Assembly (NCBI GenBank): GCA_963701075.1
Contig: OY969559.1
Location: forward strand, 928,001 to 992,000
Length of the DNA: 64,000 nucleotides
Direction: 5' to 3'
Origin: an uncultured Nitrososphaerota archaeon
GTDB taxonomy: Archaea > Thermoproteota > Nitrososphaeria > Nitrososphaerales > Nitrosopumilaceae
The notes under the pieces are model-generated. The model saw only the letters and a list, made by a program, of their open reading frames with translations. It was not told the DNA's origin and made no database searches. Shown here in pieces: positions 18,175-27,907 of the stretch. Positions within the stretch are counted from its first letter, which is position 1, and each line of letters opens with the position of its first letter. The position numbers and the translations under genes were made by a program.

Positions 18175-18690
18175 TTGAGCCAGAGCGCGTTAAAAGACAA
18201 GATAAAAAGATGGCTAGAGACCGAAGATTTTGCAGTATCTGAGAGGGCTGAAGAAGCCTCTGACTTTCATCTTGTTATTTCTAATCTTCATGGTAAGGGG
18301 ACATTTGCAGACATTGTCAAGCTAAAAAACAAAGATTTCGTCATATTGGGAAGCGCGTTGCAGAACCCTAAGGAATTTTTGCAACTACTCTCTACAATGC
18401 CCGAAAAGGAGAGATCTGATTTTTTTAATCATATTCAAAGAGAGTTGCTAAAGTTTAAGGTTGACCATGAGTTCCACCCAAACAAACTCATGCCAGAACG
18501 CATGATAGTTCGAGATACTGTATACGAAGAGGATATCACAAGGACTGCATTTATGCAATGTCTGAAGAGGGTAAAATTTGCCTCCTTATTTTTACTGTGG
18601 TCAATTGGGCACAAGTTCTCACCTGACTCAATGCAGTCTTCTACACCTCATCCGTCATCGACATCAAGCTCTAGAACGCCTTACGGCTGA
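18175..18690 (+). CDS. DUF2299-like archaeal protein
   Basis: KIKRWL..E start and ITRTAFM end resemble DUF2299. Confidence 0.6.
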   Translation: MSQSALKDKIKRWLETEDFAVSERAEEASDFHLVISNLHGKGTFADIVKLKNKDFVILGSALQNPKEFLQLLSTMPEKERSDFFNHIQRELLKFKVDHEFHPNKLMPERMIVRDTVYEEDITRTAFMQCLKRVKFASLFLLWSIGHKFSPDSMQSSTPHPSSTSSSRTPYG

Positions 18691-18697
18691 TCAGGGT

Positions 18698-19015
18698 TTA
18701 TTTTTCATCGATTCCACAAGTATATTCGCCGTATTTTCCTTCAAGACCTGCTGCCCTAGTAATGTCCGAGGCTGATGAAGGATCATTTTGAATTGTTAGA
18801 CGGCAACCAAAATCTGTCTCAGGATAACCCTTGTTAAGTTTGTCAGTCAGGGAAACAGCGGCATTAACAGACGAGCTTGTTGGATGAGGTTTGTCAAAAA
18901 AGGAATGCCCAATGGTCTCTGGTACCACTATGAGAAGAACAATGCATACTGCGAACATATTAATTGATTTTCTTCGCTTTGAGTCCAAATCCATACATTG
19001 AAAATTATTTATCAT
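18698..19015 (-). CDS. membrane-anchored two-Cys protein (paralogue 1)
   Basis: Similar to 23683-23961 (IN.FA...VPE...SSV.AA.SLTDK...RAAG..G.Y..Y.C). Confidence 0.75.
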   Translation of the reverse strand: MINNFQCMDLDSKRRKSINMFAVCIVLLIVVPETIGHSFFDKPHPTSSSVNAAVSLTDKLNKGYPETDFGCRLTIQNDPSSASDITRAAGLEGKYGEYTCGIDEK

Positions 19016-19056
19016 ATATTAACTAAAATTATGATTTTCAATTCTTGATACAATAT

Positions 19057-19395
19057 TCACTCTTCACTTGTTTGTCTCTTGATACACTCCTCGTATCTCT
19101 GGCAAGTTTCGCGGTATGATTCTTCTGCAGCCATCACTGCTGCATCTATCTGAACCTTGCTTTCTGCTGCATCATGGAGCTCAAAAAATCCCTTTTCAGC
19201 ATTGTCTTCTAGCACATTTACTATCTCGCTTGCACTGGCAGTAGCTAGTCTTACCAGTCCTGATGCAATCATGTGGTTTTGTGCGCTTGCAAGAGCATTT
19301 GAGAATGCAAAATCGGCATTTTCTTGTTGGTAATATAGCTCGTGAAGTCTCTCGGTAGATTTGACTAAGGCATTGTATTCATCCTCGCAGTACAT
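19057..19395 (-). CDS. hypothetical helical protein
   Basis: 112-aa ORF. Confidence 0.6.
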   Translation of the reverse strand: MYCEDEYNALVKSTERLHELYYQQENADFAFSNALASAQNHMIASGLVRLATASASEIVNVLEDNAEKGFFELHDAAESKVQIDAAVMAAEESYRETCQRYEECIKRQTSEE

Positions 19396-19687
19396 GCTGA
19401 ACCAATACCAATAAACCGGCTCTTATCTTTTTGATTCTATAATGCTATGGGCTTCATGGTAGCAGGAAGGATATGCCAAATTTGCTTTTTTTGACTTGAT
19501 GGGTACTGATTTATCAATTTTGTTGTTTAAATAGAAAATTTGTAAGACATGTATGAAATGCCATACGAAGAAATCTACTTTCAAAGGCTAAAGGAAGAAG
19601 ACCCTGAAGAATACGTCAACATAACAAATCAATAAATGTAAAGGAGAAATCCAACGTGGGCGGTTCCATATTTTTACACTTCTTTTG

Positions 19688-20750
19688 CTAGATCTTGCTT
19701 AACGTAATTCTTGTAAAAATTACTAGGGATAAAATGGATGCTGTCAGGGCAAGCAAAGTTGTCGCGCCAAATTCTGGTACAGTACTCTTTGCCATGTTTT
19801 CAGTAGAGTTTGAAATTGAAAATTTTTGTATGCTTGGATGATCATACGACGCATCTGAGACATACACATCTCCAGCAGAATCAACCGCAATACCTGACGG
19901 GGCCCCAAACTGTCCATTGCCTGTACCAAAAGATCCAAATTTTGTAATAAACTGACCAGTACTTGTAAATTTCTCTACCCTGTAGTTTCCAGTATCTGCC
20001 ACATACACATCACCAACCGAATCAACAGCTATGCCCTGGGGTGAATTGAACTGTCCATTGTCTGTACCAGTAGAGCCCCATTTGTCGATAAACTGACCAT
20101 CACTTGTAAATTCCTCAATGCGGTCATTGCTTGTATCTGCCACATACACGTTTCCGGCACTGTCAATTGCTATACCCGTTGGAGAATCAAATTGACCACT
20201 ATCATTTCCAAGTGAGCCCCACTTTGCCATGGCCTGACCGTCATTTGAAAATTTTGCTACCACATTTTTTGTCGGATCAGAAAAATAAATATTGCCAGAA
20301 GGATCTATTGCTATGCGAGCTGGATAATACTGTGTAAGATTAAACTGTTGAATGTAATTGCCAGAGCCGTCAAACTCTTCGATCCTGTTATTTGATTGGT
20401 CTGCCACATACACATTTCCCTGACTGTCAATAGCTATGCTTGTGGGCAAGCTGAACTGACCGCTCCCACTCCCATATGTTCCCCACTTTGCAAGGAATTT
20501 GCCATCATTTGAAAACTTTTCAATTCGATTATTGTTAGTGTCTGTAACATACACATTTCCTGTAGAATCAAGAGTCTATGCTTGCAGGCACGTTTAACAT
20601 GCCATCATAATTTCCAAGCGATCCCCACTCTGTCACAAACGAGTACGTTTCATCTGCAAACGCTAGCGGAAAACTGGCAGAACCTGCATACCATAACACT
20701 ATGGCAAAAATACACGAGAATGTGATTATTGCCACTTTCTTGAACTCCAT
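19688..20750 (-). CDS. secreted NHL-repeat beta-propeller with PEFG-CTERM; one apparent +1 frameshift at ~20575
   Basis: Six IA(I/V)DS.G.VYV.D repeats and VPEFG+TM. The signal peptide is in ORF 20568-20792; removing one base restores PASIALDSTGNVYV. Confidence 0.88.
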
Positions 20751-20821
20751 TTTTTCCAAGTTCTGTCTTTTCACTTCCTTATTTAAGATCACCGAGTGAT
20801 CTCAAACATAATTTTGCAGAA

Positions 20822-21310
20822 CTATGGAGTTTTAGTTATTTTACACTGACCTGAGATCCCTTTTATTGCCAGATAGTATGCATAAACCAAAATTGCAATT
20901 GAAACCAGTCTCAGCGGTATCTCATATTGTGTAAGAAACGCGGTGGTGGTATCACCAACTGCTCCAAATGTGGAAGCCATCATAAATCCTATCGAGCCAC
21001 AACTGCATGCCCCGGCACTAGCTCCAATCACAGTTCCAAAAAAACCACTTCCTGATTTTTTCACGCTCTCGCCTAACAAACGAATTCGGTATATGCCAAG
21101 ACTAGTAACAAGACCTGAGAGAGATGCGACTGCAACTATAAGAATAAAGTTTAAAATTTCGCTTTCTGGTACATATAACAAAAATTTTGGCTCAAAGAAA
21201 AGGAACTGTGACATATATGACAAGAAAAGAAACAATCCAACAAAAATACCAATTGCCAGTGTGAGATAGGTACCATTTGAAAAAACTAATCTTAATGCCT
21301 GCTTTTGCAT
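20822..21310 (-). CDS. 4-TM membrane protein with ACSCG motif
   Basis: Hydrophobic helices; intramembrane CxC suggests metal binding. Confidence 0.75.
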   Translation of the reverse strand: MQKQALRLVFSNGTYLTLAIGIFVGLFLFLSYMSQFLFFEPKFLLYVPESEILNFILIVAVASLSGLVTSLGIYRIRLLGESVKKSGSGFFGTVIGASAGACSCGSIGFMMASTFGAVGDTTTAFLTQYEIPLRLVSIAILVYAYYLAIKGISGQCKITKTP

Positions 21311-21478
21311 TAAAGTATAATATATTGAGAATTATTTAATCCAACCCATCAAAGTTAATTCATGCAAATTATGATGGGAGTTCTGAGAAATATCTGCCAA
21401 ATCTTAATTCCTTGATCGTAGTGGTTGTAAATGGGTTAAAATATAGACCATCGTTATAGCGACTAGAGAACCCGTAAG

Positions 21479-22066
21479 ATGGCCAAAAAAATAAACAAAG
21501 ACGGAGGCAAAAAGATACCTGACAACAAGGGATCAAAGAACAAGAACAAACTAATTGCAATAGGAATTATTGCTGCAATAGGTGCAGGTGTAGCATATTA
21601 TCTTCACGAGTCAGACAATACTGTCGACACTAACTATGCGGCAATTGACGGAATTCCTTGTGAGACGCAAGAGTACACCACTTTTCATATACATGCACAT
21701 CTTGACGTCTTTGTTAGCGGACAACACGTTACGGTGCCTCAATATATTGGAATAATGAGTAACGAAGATCCAAATAACCCGCAGTTTGTCTGTCTATACT
21801 GGCTTCATACTCATGACAATACTGGCATAATGCACATCGAGTCTCCACAGCAAACAAACTTTACCTTGGTTCAATTTCTTGATATATGGAAAAAGACAAG
21901 CACAGGTGCGCCTCCAGATGGAGAACCCATAATCTTTGTAAACGGACAAGAGGTATCTACAAATCTAGAAAACACAACACTCAATGCGCATGACGAAATA
22001 GCAATCGTATACGGCACTACACCGCCTAACATACCATCATTCTATCAATTTCCAGAAGGCCTCTGA
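21479..22066 (+). CDS. membrane-anchored His-motif protein
   Basis: TM anchor; HIHAH, HTHD..G.MHIE. Confidence 0.8.
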   Translation: MAKKINKDGGKKIPDNKGSKNKNKLIAIGIIAAIGAGVAYYLHESDNTVDTNYAAIDGIPCETQEYTTFHIHAHLDVFVSGQHVTVPQYIGIMSNEDPNNPQFVCLYWLHTHDNTGIMHIESPQQTNFTLVQFLDIWKKTSTGAPPDGEPIIFVNGQEVSTNLENTTLNAHDEIAIVYGTTPPNIPSFYQFPEGL

Positions 22067-22189
22067 TTTTTAGTTTTATAAAATGGGACTTTAGGAAATC
22101 CTCTCCACTCTATCAAAATAAATTAAATTCAATTTGGGCTTGGTTGAAGAAAATCAAACCTGTTAGATGTTTTTTAATTTTTTCTTGCT

Positions 22190-22285
22190 TTATCTTTTAG
22201 CCAGTTTTTCAAACCCACATCTGGTACATACAAATTTTTTTCCTATGTCAAAAAGAATTCCGCTACATTTTGAACATTTTTTCAT
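22190..22285 (-). CDS. 31-aa zinc-ribbon micro-protein
   Basis: MKKCSKCSGILFDIGKKFVCTRCGFEKLAKR. Confidence 0.55.
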   Translation of the reverse strand: MKKCSKCSGILFDIGKKFVCTRCGFEKLAKR

Positions 22286-22438
22286 TTTATATCGTTTAAA
22301 CAACCAAAATAAAAAGTATAGAGTCAGATACAGAATTTAGTGCCTAAACCCCTGTCCGTGTTGATTTATCGATGATGGATTAAGACAAAAATAAATACAC
22401 TTTGCATGTAAAAATTCAAACTTTTGTTTTAATAAAAA

Positions 22439-23377
22439 TTATGATGCTTTTCTTATTTTTTTCTGCTTTTGTTTCTTCTTGTTCTTGTAATGCCATAAAA
22501 ATATCATAAAACCTATTACACTTGATGCAATGGTTCCAACCCCAACAACGGGAGCAATGAAGAATTGTCCTATCCAAATACCATTTGCGTCTCCGATCTC
22601 AAGCATACCTCTTTGTCTGGCAAAGACGCTAAACGAGTTATCTATGGTGTATGTTTTTCCCCCCTCATCAGAGTATGTTCCATTTACGTGAATAGTTGCC
22701 TGGGTGGGATCGCCCAATTCCTTTTGTGTCTGTACTACAAATTCAAAGTCAGTGGATTTTCCAGCGTCTAGATCAGTGATATCAAGTGATTTTTGTCCCG
22801 CAAGCTGTACCTCTGAGGAGAATACAGAAAGTTCTATGTTGTGGGCATTGGCGCCCTGATTTGTTATTGCACCCTTGATAGAAAAAGGCTCTCCGGCAAA
22901 TACATCGCTTGGAGCTTGAAGGTCAAGTGCTAGAAAAGGCTTTGATGCAGCAAAGAACTGGGTTGTCTGAGTGACAATATGTTTCACAGGTTGAGGATCA
23001 AAGAAACCCTTGACGAAATAATCAACTTCCACATTTGCAACAAAATTCCCATCAGGTACGCCATCCTTTACCGTGACGTTAAAATTATTTCCAAAGGTGG
23101 AATCCTCTGCTAGTTTGTCAAGATGAAAGCTATTTTGTTGGATTTGAAGTTCGGGGCAGGTTATTGTAACTGTGATATTTGATATCTGATCAGCCATGGC
23201 CTTTACTATGGAAGATAATACAAACTCTTTTCCCTGCATCACTATGTCTGGGTAGTTTAGACTCACTTGGAGATTTGAATCAGTTATGTTATTTTGAACA
23301 GCATATGTTGGAATAAATAGAATAGACAAAAAAATAATTAAAAAACAATAGTTTGAAGACTTGTGTGATATTACCAC
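22439..23377 (-). CDS. surface protein with two Ig/CARDB-like domains (COG1361-like) and C-terminal TM
   Basis: Signal peptide; ITNQGANAHNI...LDAGKS; TM plus basic tail. Confidence 0.7.
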   Translation of the reverse strand: MVISHKSSNYCFLIIFLSILFIPTYAVQNNITDSNLQVSLNYPDIVMQGKEFVLSSIVKAMADQISNITVTITCPELQIQQNSFHLDKLAEDSTFGNNFNVTVKDGVPDGNFVANVEVDYFVKGFFDPQPVKHIVTQTTQFFAASKPFLALDLQAPSDVFAGEPFSIKGAITNQGANAHNIELSVFSSEVQLAGQKSLDITDLDAGKSTDFEFVVQTQKELGDPTQATIHVNGTYSDEGGKTYTIDNSFSVFARQRGMLEIGDANGIWIGQFFIAPVVGVGTIASSVIGFMIFLWHYKNKKKQKQKKIRKAS

Positions 23378-23516
23378 CCTTTTGATATTGATTGTACCGT
23401 GTATTCAAAATTCCTATTTGTGACTAGTTTGATAAATCAAAAAGCGAGATTATCCCTGTATTGCATCCATTTCCTATTTTTTCATACTTTATCTACTTGT
23501 ATCGTTTTAGAAGATC

Positions 23517-23648
23517 ATGAAAGCAAAGTTCAAGACAACATGCTCTGAGTGCAAAGCTGAAATCAGTGTAGGTAATGAAATCTCAAAAACTCCATCCGGA
23601 AAATGGGTTCACAAACACTGTGCTCCAGAATCAGACGAATTGCCATGA
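23517..23648 (+). CDS. 43-aa CxxC...HxxC zinc-finger micro-protein
   Basis: MKAKFKTTCSECKAEISVG...GKWVHKHC. Confidence 0.7.
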   Translation: MKAKFKTTCSECKAEISVGNEISKTPSGKWVHKHCAPESDELP

Positions 23649-23682
23649 GACTATAGTACGCCGATTTGGATCCCGGTAGTTC

Positions 23683-23961
23683 CTAGGTGCAGGAATATAC
23701 TGCATACTGTCCCTGGATTCCAGCTGCCCTACTTACATTTACAGCAGTTGTATCGTTTTTGAGAACCAAATGGCATCGCATATCGTCGTTCACATACATA
23801 CTATGTTGTTTATCAGTTAGTGAAAGAGCGGCATCAACAGAAGAAGTAGGTGAGTGTCTCTGCGTGTCAAAATAAAAATGAGCGACAAGTTCTGGCACCG
23901 CTATCATTAACACAACCAAGATGGCAAACACGTTTATCTGTTTTTTCTGTCTAGTATCCAA
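23683..23961 (-). CDS. membrane-anchored two-Cys protein (paralogue 2)
   Basis: Paralogue of 18698-19015. Confidence 0.75.
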   Translation of the reverse strand: MDTRQKKQINVFAILVVLMIAVPELVAHFYFDTQRHSPTSSVDAALSLTDKQHSMYVNDDMRCHLVLKNDTTAVNVSRAAGIQGQYAVYSCT

Positions 23962-24049
23962 TCGGTCTCTGATCTAAAATGAACATTATATTAAGATACA
24001 AGATGATTGCGCCTGTTTGTTAATTGTATAGAGAAAAAATTGGTCAATC

Positions 24050-24199
24050 CTACACGTGTAGGATTGCGGCCAGGATTCCTGCTCCGATCATTGCTCCAAG
24101 ACCCAAGAATACTAGGTCAAAAGCAATCACTTTCTTAAACGAGGAATGAACTTGCATTTCCCATACGCTGTGTTTTTTTGATTCAAGTGTATTTTTCAT
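24050..24199 (-). CDS. 49-aa single-TM micro-protein (copy 2)
   Basis: MKNTLESKKHSVWEMQVHSSFKKVIAFDLVFLGLGAMIGAGILAAILHV. Confidence 0.7.
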   Translation of the reverse strand: MKNTLESKKHSVWEMQVHSSFKKVIAFDLVFLGLGAMIGAGILAAILHV

Positions 24200-24302
24200 G
24201 CGTTACAATATGGGATACATTAGATAGACTGTAGTCAGCTAGATCTCTTATTTCTAAGCTAGAGTGTTGAAAACATCTCATATGTGCAGGATGGGCATCT
24301 TC

Positions 24303-24416
24303 ATGAGCGTAGAATGCAATGCCTGTGGTTTTCAGAAAGCTTCCGTACACCGCCAAATACAAGAAATTTAGGGGTTCTTGCCCTAACTGTGGAACAGATT
24401 GGCCGAATTGTGATTA
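24303..24416 (+). pseudogene. zinc-ribbon micro-protein with apparent frameshift
   Basis: CNACG in one frame continues as KLPYTAKYKKFRGSCPNCG in the +1 frame; junction at gaaagctt (~24338). Confidence 0.5.
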
Positions 24417-25007
24417 TTATTTTATTCTCTCAAACTCATTCCAAATCGAGTCTATCCTGTCTCTTAGTATCTTGACATCAATTTTTTCCATAAAATCCCT
24501 TTCAACTCTATATCCTATTGCTTCATTTGTACTATAAGATGGGTCTATGAGGCCGCCCTCAACATGTGGTATGGCACCTGATTTCCACTCTCTCATCTCA
24601 AACAACCATACTGGGTCACCCAAATTTGAAAAATCAATATCGTCATGACCTATGAATAACACATGACATTTGGGAAGATTCTCGTATATCTTTTCATAAG
24701 CAATCATTTGTGCCTTTGAGATGACCATTCTATCATCATGAAATATTTTGAGCTCAAAAATCATAAATCCCCCATGATGTTCAATCAACCAATCAACATC
24801 TGTTCCGCCTGATGTTTTCATACGCCTCGATATCAAATTTCCAAGAATTTCTCTTGTTTTTGCAAACAGGAGGGGATTTGCTATCTTGTGCTTTGGTTCA
24901 TCTAGTTCATCCTTGATATAATTTGTCCTCTGAGAGCTCGGTTCACTGGTCGTCTCTTTGGAATTACACATGATATCTGCAAGACCCGATCTGACATCAG
25001 AAACCAT
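24417..25007 (-). CDS. PD-(D/E)XK nuclease-fold protein
   Basis: TDVDWLIEHHGGFMIFELK fits D-x(n)-E-x-K. Confidence 0.6.
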   Translation of the reverse strand: MVSDVRSGLADIMCNSKETTSEPSSQRTNYIKDELDEPKHKIANPLLFAKTREILGNLISRRMKTSGGTDVDWLIEHHGGFMIFELKIFHDDRMVISKAQMIAYEKIYENLPKCHVLFIGHDDIDFSNLGDPVWLFEMREWKSGAIPHVEGGLIDPSYSTNEAIGYRVERDFMEKIDVKILRDRIDSIWNEFERIK

Positions 25008-25194
25008 ATTGGAAATTAAATCCGTCTACCTTATAGATCCACGAAATCAATTTTTGGAAACAAACAGCTGGTAATCAGCATACTTGAGAAAATGAAGGCA
25101 TGTGTTTTGCCTTGATCTCTACACATATTCTAAAAATTTAATGTAGTGCAGTGTATACTTACCAAGATTTATGCTAAATTGACCTAGGATACAC

Positions 25195-25653
25195 GTGGTC
25201 GAAATTAAGGTAAGGTTGCAGATTAACACATCACAAGAAAGAGTATGGGGTATAATATCTAACATTGATAACGACTCATATTTTTGGCGAGGAATTACAT
25301 CTGTCAAAAACATCTCCAGAGATGGAAATGTAATCACTCGTGAAATAGTATTGGGCACAACCAACAAATGCATTCAGAAGTTAGTTATTTATCCAAAAGA
25401 AGAAATTAGCATAAGATGGGTTAAAGGAGTAATAACGGGAACAAAAGCAATCCTACTAACTCCAATAGGACACGCAACACTTCTTGAAGTTCAAATGAAT
25501 TATAAATTTTCAGGCGTAGGTAATCTCGCCTCTAAAAGATTAGCAACTCTTTTTCAAAATGAAGCCGAACTTGCAGTTGAACTGATAAAAGAAAAATCAG
25601 AATGGCATGAGCGTCACATTCCTATGAAGACAAAAAAATCCTGGGCGGTGTAA
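25195..25653 (+). CDS. SRPBCC/START-like (cyclase) protein
   Basis: INTSQERVWGIISNID..FW; paralogue of 44232-44648. Confidence 0.85.
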   Translation: MVEIKVRLQINTSQERVWGIISNIDNDSYFWRGITSVKNISRDGNVITREIVLGTTNKCIQKLVIYPKEEISIRWVKGVITGTKAILLTPIGHATLLEVQMNYKFSGVGNLASKRLATLFQNEAELAVELIKEKSEWHERHIPMKTKKSWAV

Positions 25654-25655
25654 TT

Positions 25656-26668
25656 ATGGCAAAAACAAACAAAACTAAACAAGTCTTTCTTGATGATTCC
25701 TATCATGAAAATATGTTGTCCGAAAAAATGGATGAAGTTTTAGATGCAACATCGCCAAAATGTCCCATCTCAGGATGTACAGGGGAACCAATAATCACCG
25801 ATACTTCATCTGGGGAGATAATTTGCGGTTCTTGTGGACGTGTTCTTCTTGAAAAATCCATAGATCCAAATCCTGAGCATATCTCTGATGCATCAGAGTT
25901 TGTCTCAAAGACAAGAACTGGACCGGAACAATCGCTTACCATGTATGATATGGGAATGATGACAGTTATTTCCAATAAAGACGCAATGGGTAATTCGTTG
26001 TCTCAGCTATATGAAAAACACTTTTGGCAGATTGAAGATACTTAACAGCAGAAGTAGGACCGCATCATCTAACAGGACATTGAGATCAGACTCTGCTGCT
26101 TCTTTATTCTCTCAAAACAAAATTGGGGCTTCCTGACTCGACAGCTGAGAATGCTGCATATCTTTACCGTAAAGCTATGCAGAAGAGAATTACAGTAGGG
26201 CGTAGTGCAAAAGGTCTAATGTGTGCCTCTCTTTATCTGGCATGTCGACAGACTACAATCCCTCGTTCTCTTTCTGATGTGTCTCACGCCGCAAATGTAA
26301 GCAAGAAGGAGGTCAGTCGGGCTTGTAGAAATCTAATTGAAAATCTTGAAATGTCTTTGGATCCATGTAATGCCTCCGAATTTGTTACCAAAATAGCAAA
26401 TGAGGCAAATATCAGCGAAAAGACACGAAGGGACGCGTTAAGGACTCTTGCACAGTTGGCTCAAAAAGGAACTTCTGCAGGTAAGAATCCAATGGCACTG
26501 GCTGCTGCAACACTTTACTTGGCATGTCTTCTAAACGGAGAGAAAAAAACACAATCTGAGGTAGCAAAAGCTTCGGGTATAACTGCCGTGACTATAAGAA
26601 ACCGATATTCAGCATTAAAAAAAGAGCTTGGACTTGAGACTAATGAAGACCTAGAAAGCCTAAACTAG
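25656..26668 (+). CDS. tfb: transcription factor TFB (TFIIB) paralogue with two apparent +1 frameshifts (~26004, ~26090)
   Basis: Zn ribbon GEIICGSCG, SKTRTG, cyclin repeats, GKNPMALAAA, VTIRNR; a middle frame YMKNTFGRLKILNSRS links the two ORFs. Confidence 0.88.
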
Positions 26669-26746
26669 GAAAAATTTAGTTTTTGATACTATACCTTGAG
26701 TCTAATGCCAAAAGTATTTTGTAGAATTACTTGTTAAATATTTAAT

Positions 26747-27325
26747 TTAACCAAGAGTTCTGGAGTGTTTCTGAGTATGGGGTCGTTCTCCTGGATATTT
26801 TCTTCTCATGTGCCCAGAAGGTCTTCCGTACAATAATTCAAGAAACCATGCCTCGTGCTCTATCTCTTCTCTTAGTATATCTTTTGCAACATCGTATGTT
26901 GCAGGGTCTTTACCATGTGTCATCTTGCATACTTTGTTCCAGTTTACAATTGCTCCTTGTTCTGCCTTTAGACATTTTTCAAGTATTGCCTTGGTGTCAG
27001 TTGGGTTTGTCGGCAGTTGCAAAAACTCGCATCCTGACATCTTGATAAAGTCTTGAGCATTAATTGGTAAAGTTCCTCCCAATTCATAAATTCTCGAAAG
27101 GCATGATTCAAAGTGACTTAGATCTTCTAACCTTGCATCCTCTATTACTCCTTTCAATCCCTCCCCTTCCATTCCTGTACAGTGAGCTCTGAGATTTGTA
27201 AAATAGTAATAAGCAGTAAACTCAACTGACGCGTTGTAGACTAGTGCGTTGATCAACTCCTTTGTGTTTATGCCATTCTGTTCTAGTATTTTGACACCGA
27301 CAACGTTTAATTCTTTTTTCGTCAC
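26747..27325 (-). CDS. dps: DPS-like (DPSL) ferritin-family protein
   Basis: EFTAYYYF, EDARLEDLSHFE, EEIEHEAWF, PSGHMRR. Confidence 0.9.
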   Translation of the reverse strand: MTKKELNVVGVKILEQNGINTKELINALVYNASVEFTAYYYFTNLRAHCTGMEGEGLKGVIEDARLEDLSHFESCLSRIYELGGTLPINAQDFIKMSGCEFLQLPTNPTDTKAILEKCLKAEQGAIVNWNKVCKMTHGKDPATYDVAKDILREEIEHEAWFLELLYGRPSGHMRRKYPGERPHTQKHSRTLG

Positions 27326-27385
27326 AGATACGATTCAGGCTTGCTGGAAAATATAAAGAGATCGCTTGGGCTTAAGTTTATAATA

Positions 27386-27397
27386 GTTAGATGACTA
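27386..27397. promoter_or_regulatory. candidate MarR operator
   Basis: ttag-N4-ctaa palindrome just after the TATA box tttataa. Confidence 0.3.
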
Positions 27398-27417
27398 ATC
27401 ATTAGGTATCTATTGAT

Positions 27418-27894
27418 ATGACAAAATATGATTTTGAATCTAGTGTGGGATTTGTAGTAAACAATACAGCAAAGGCATTTCAAAAAACACTAGATTTCGA
27501 ACTTAGAAGAAACGTGGGAGTAACACTTAGTCAGTGGCGCGTAGTCGCATCCCTAGTACAACAACCAGGTCTGACTCAGAAGGAAATTGCAGACAAAGTG
27601 GGAGTTGAAGGTGCTACACTTGTGCCAATAATTGACAAAATGGAAAAAGAAGGACTACTCAAAAGAAAACCAGACTCAAAGGACAGGCGAGTAAACAGAA
27701 TCTACCTGACCCAAAAAGCAGATTCTTTATGGAATTCAATGACAGAGTGTGCCATTTACATCCGAAAAGTTTCTGCCAAGGATATATCTGAAGACAAACT
27801 TGAAACCACATTGGAGACACTGCGCAAGATATCAAAAAATCTGTCAACATATTTTGAGGCTAACATATCTATGGAAGTTTCAAGGAAAAAATAG
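27418..27894 (+). CDS. MarR-family regulator
   Basis: LTQKEIAD, DKMEKEGL, DSKDRRVNRIYLT. Confidence 0.93.
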   Translation: MTKYDFESSVGFVVNNTAKAFQKTLDFELRRNVGVTLSQWRVVASLVQQPGLTQKEIADKVGVEGATLVPIIDKMEKEGLLKRKPDSKDRRVNRIYLTQKADSLWNSMTECAIYIRKVSAKDISEDKLETTLETLRKISKNLSTYFEANISMEVSRKK

Positions 27895-27907
27895 AGGATA
27901 AAATAAA

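Noticed and set aside
19688-20554. DNA-level repeats in the NHL gene
   Set aside because: Explained by beta-propeller blade repeats.
25656-26668. Split TFB or programmed frameshifting
   Set aside because: No slippery sequence is present; two single-base insertions at AGCT explain it more simply.
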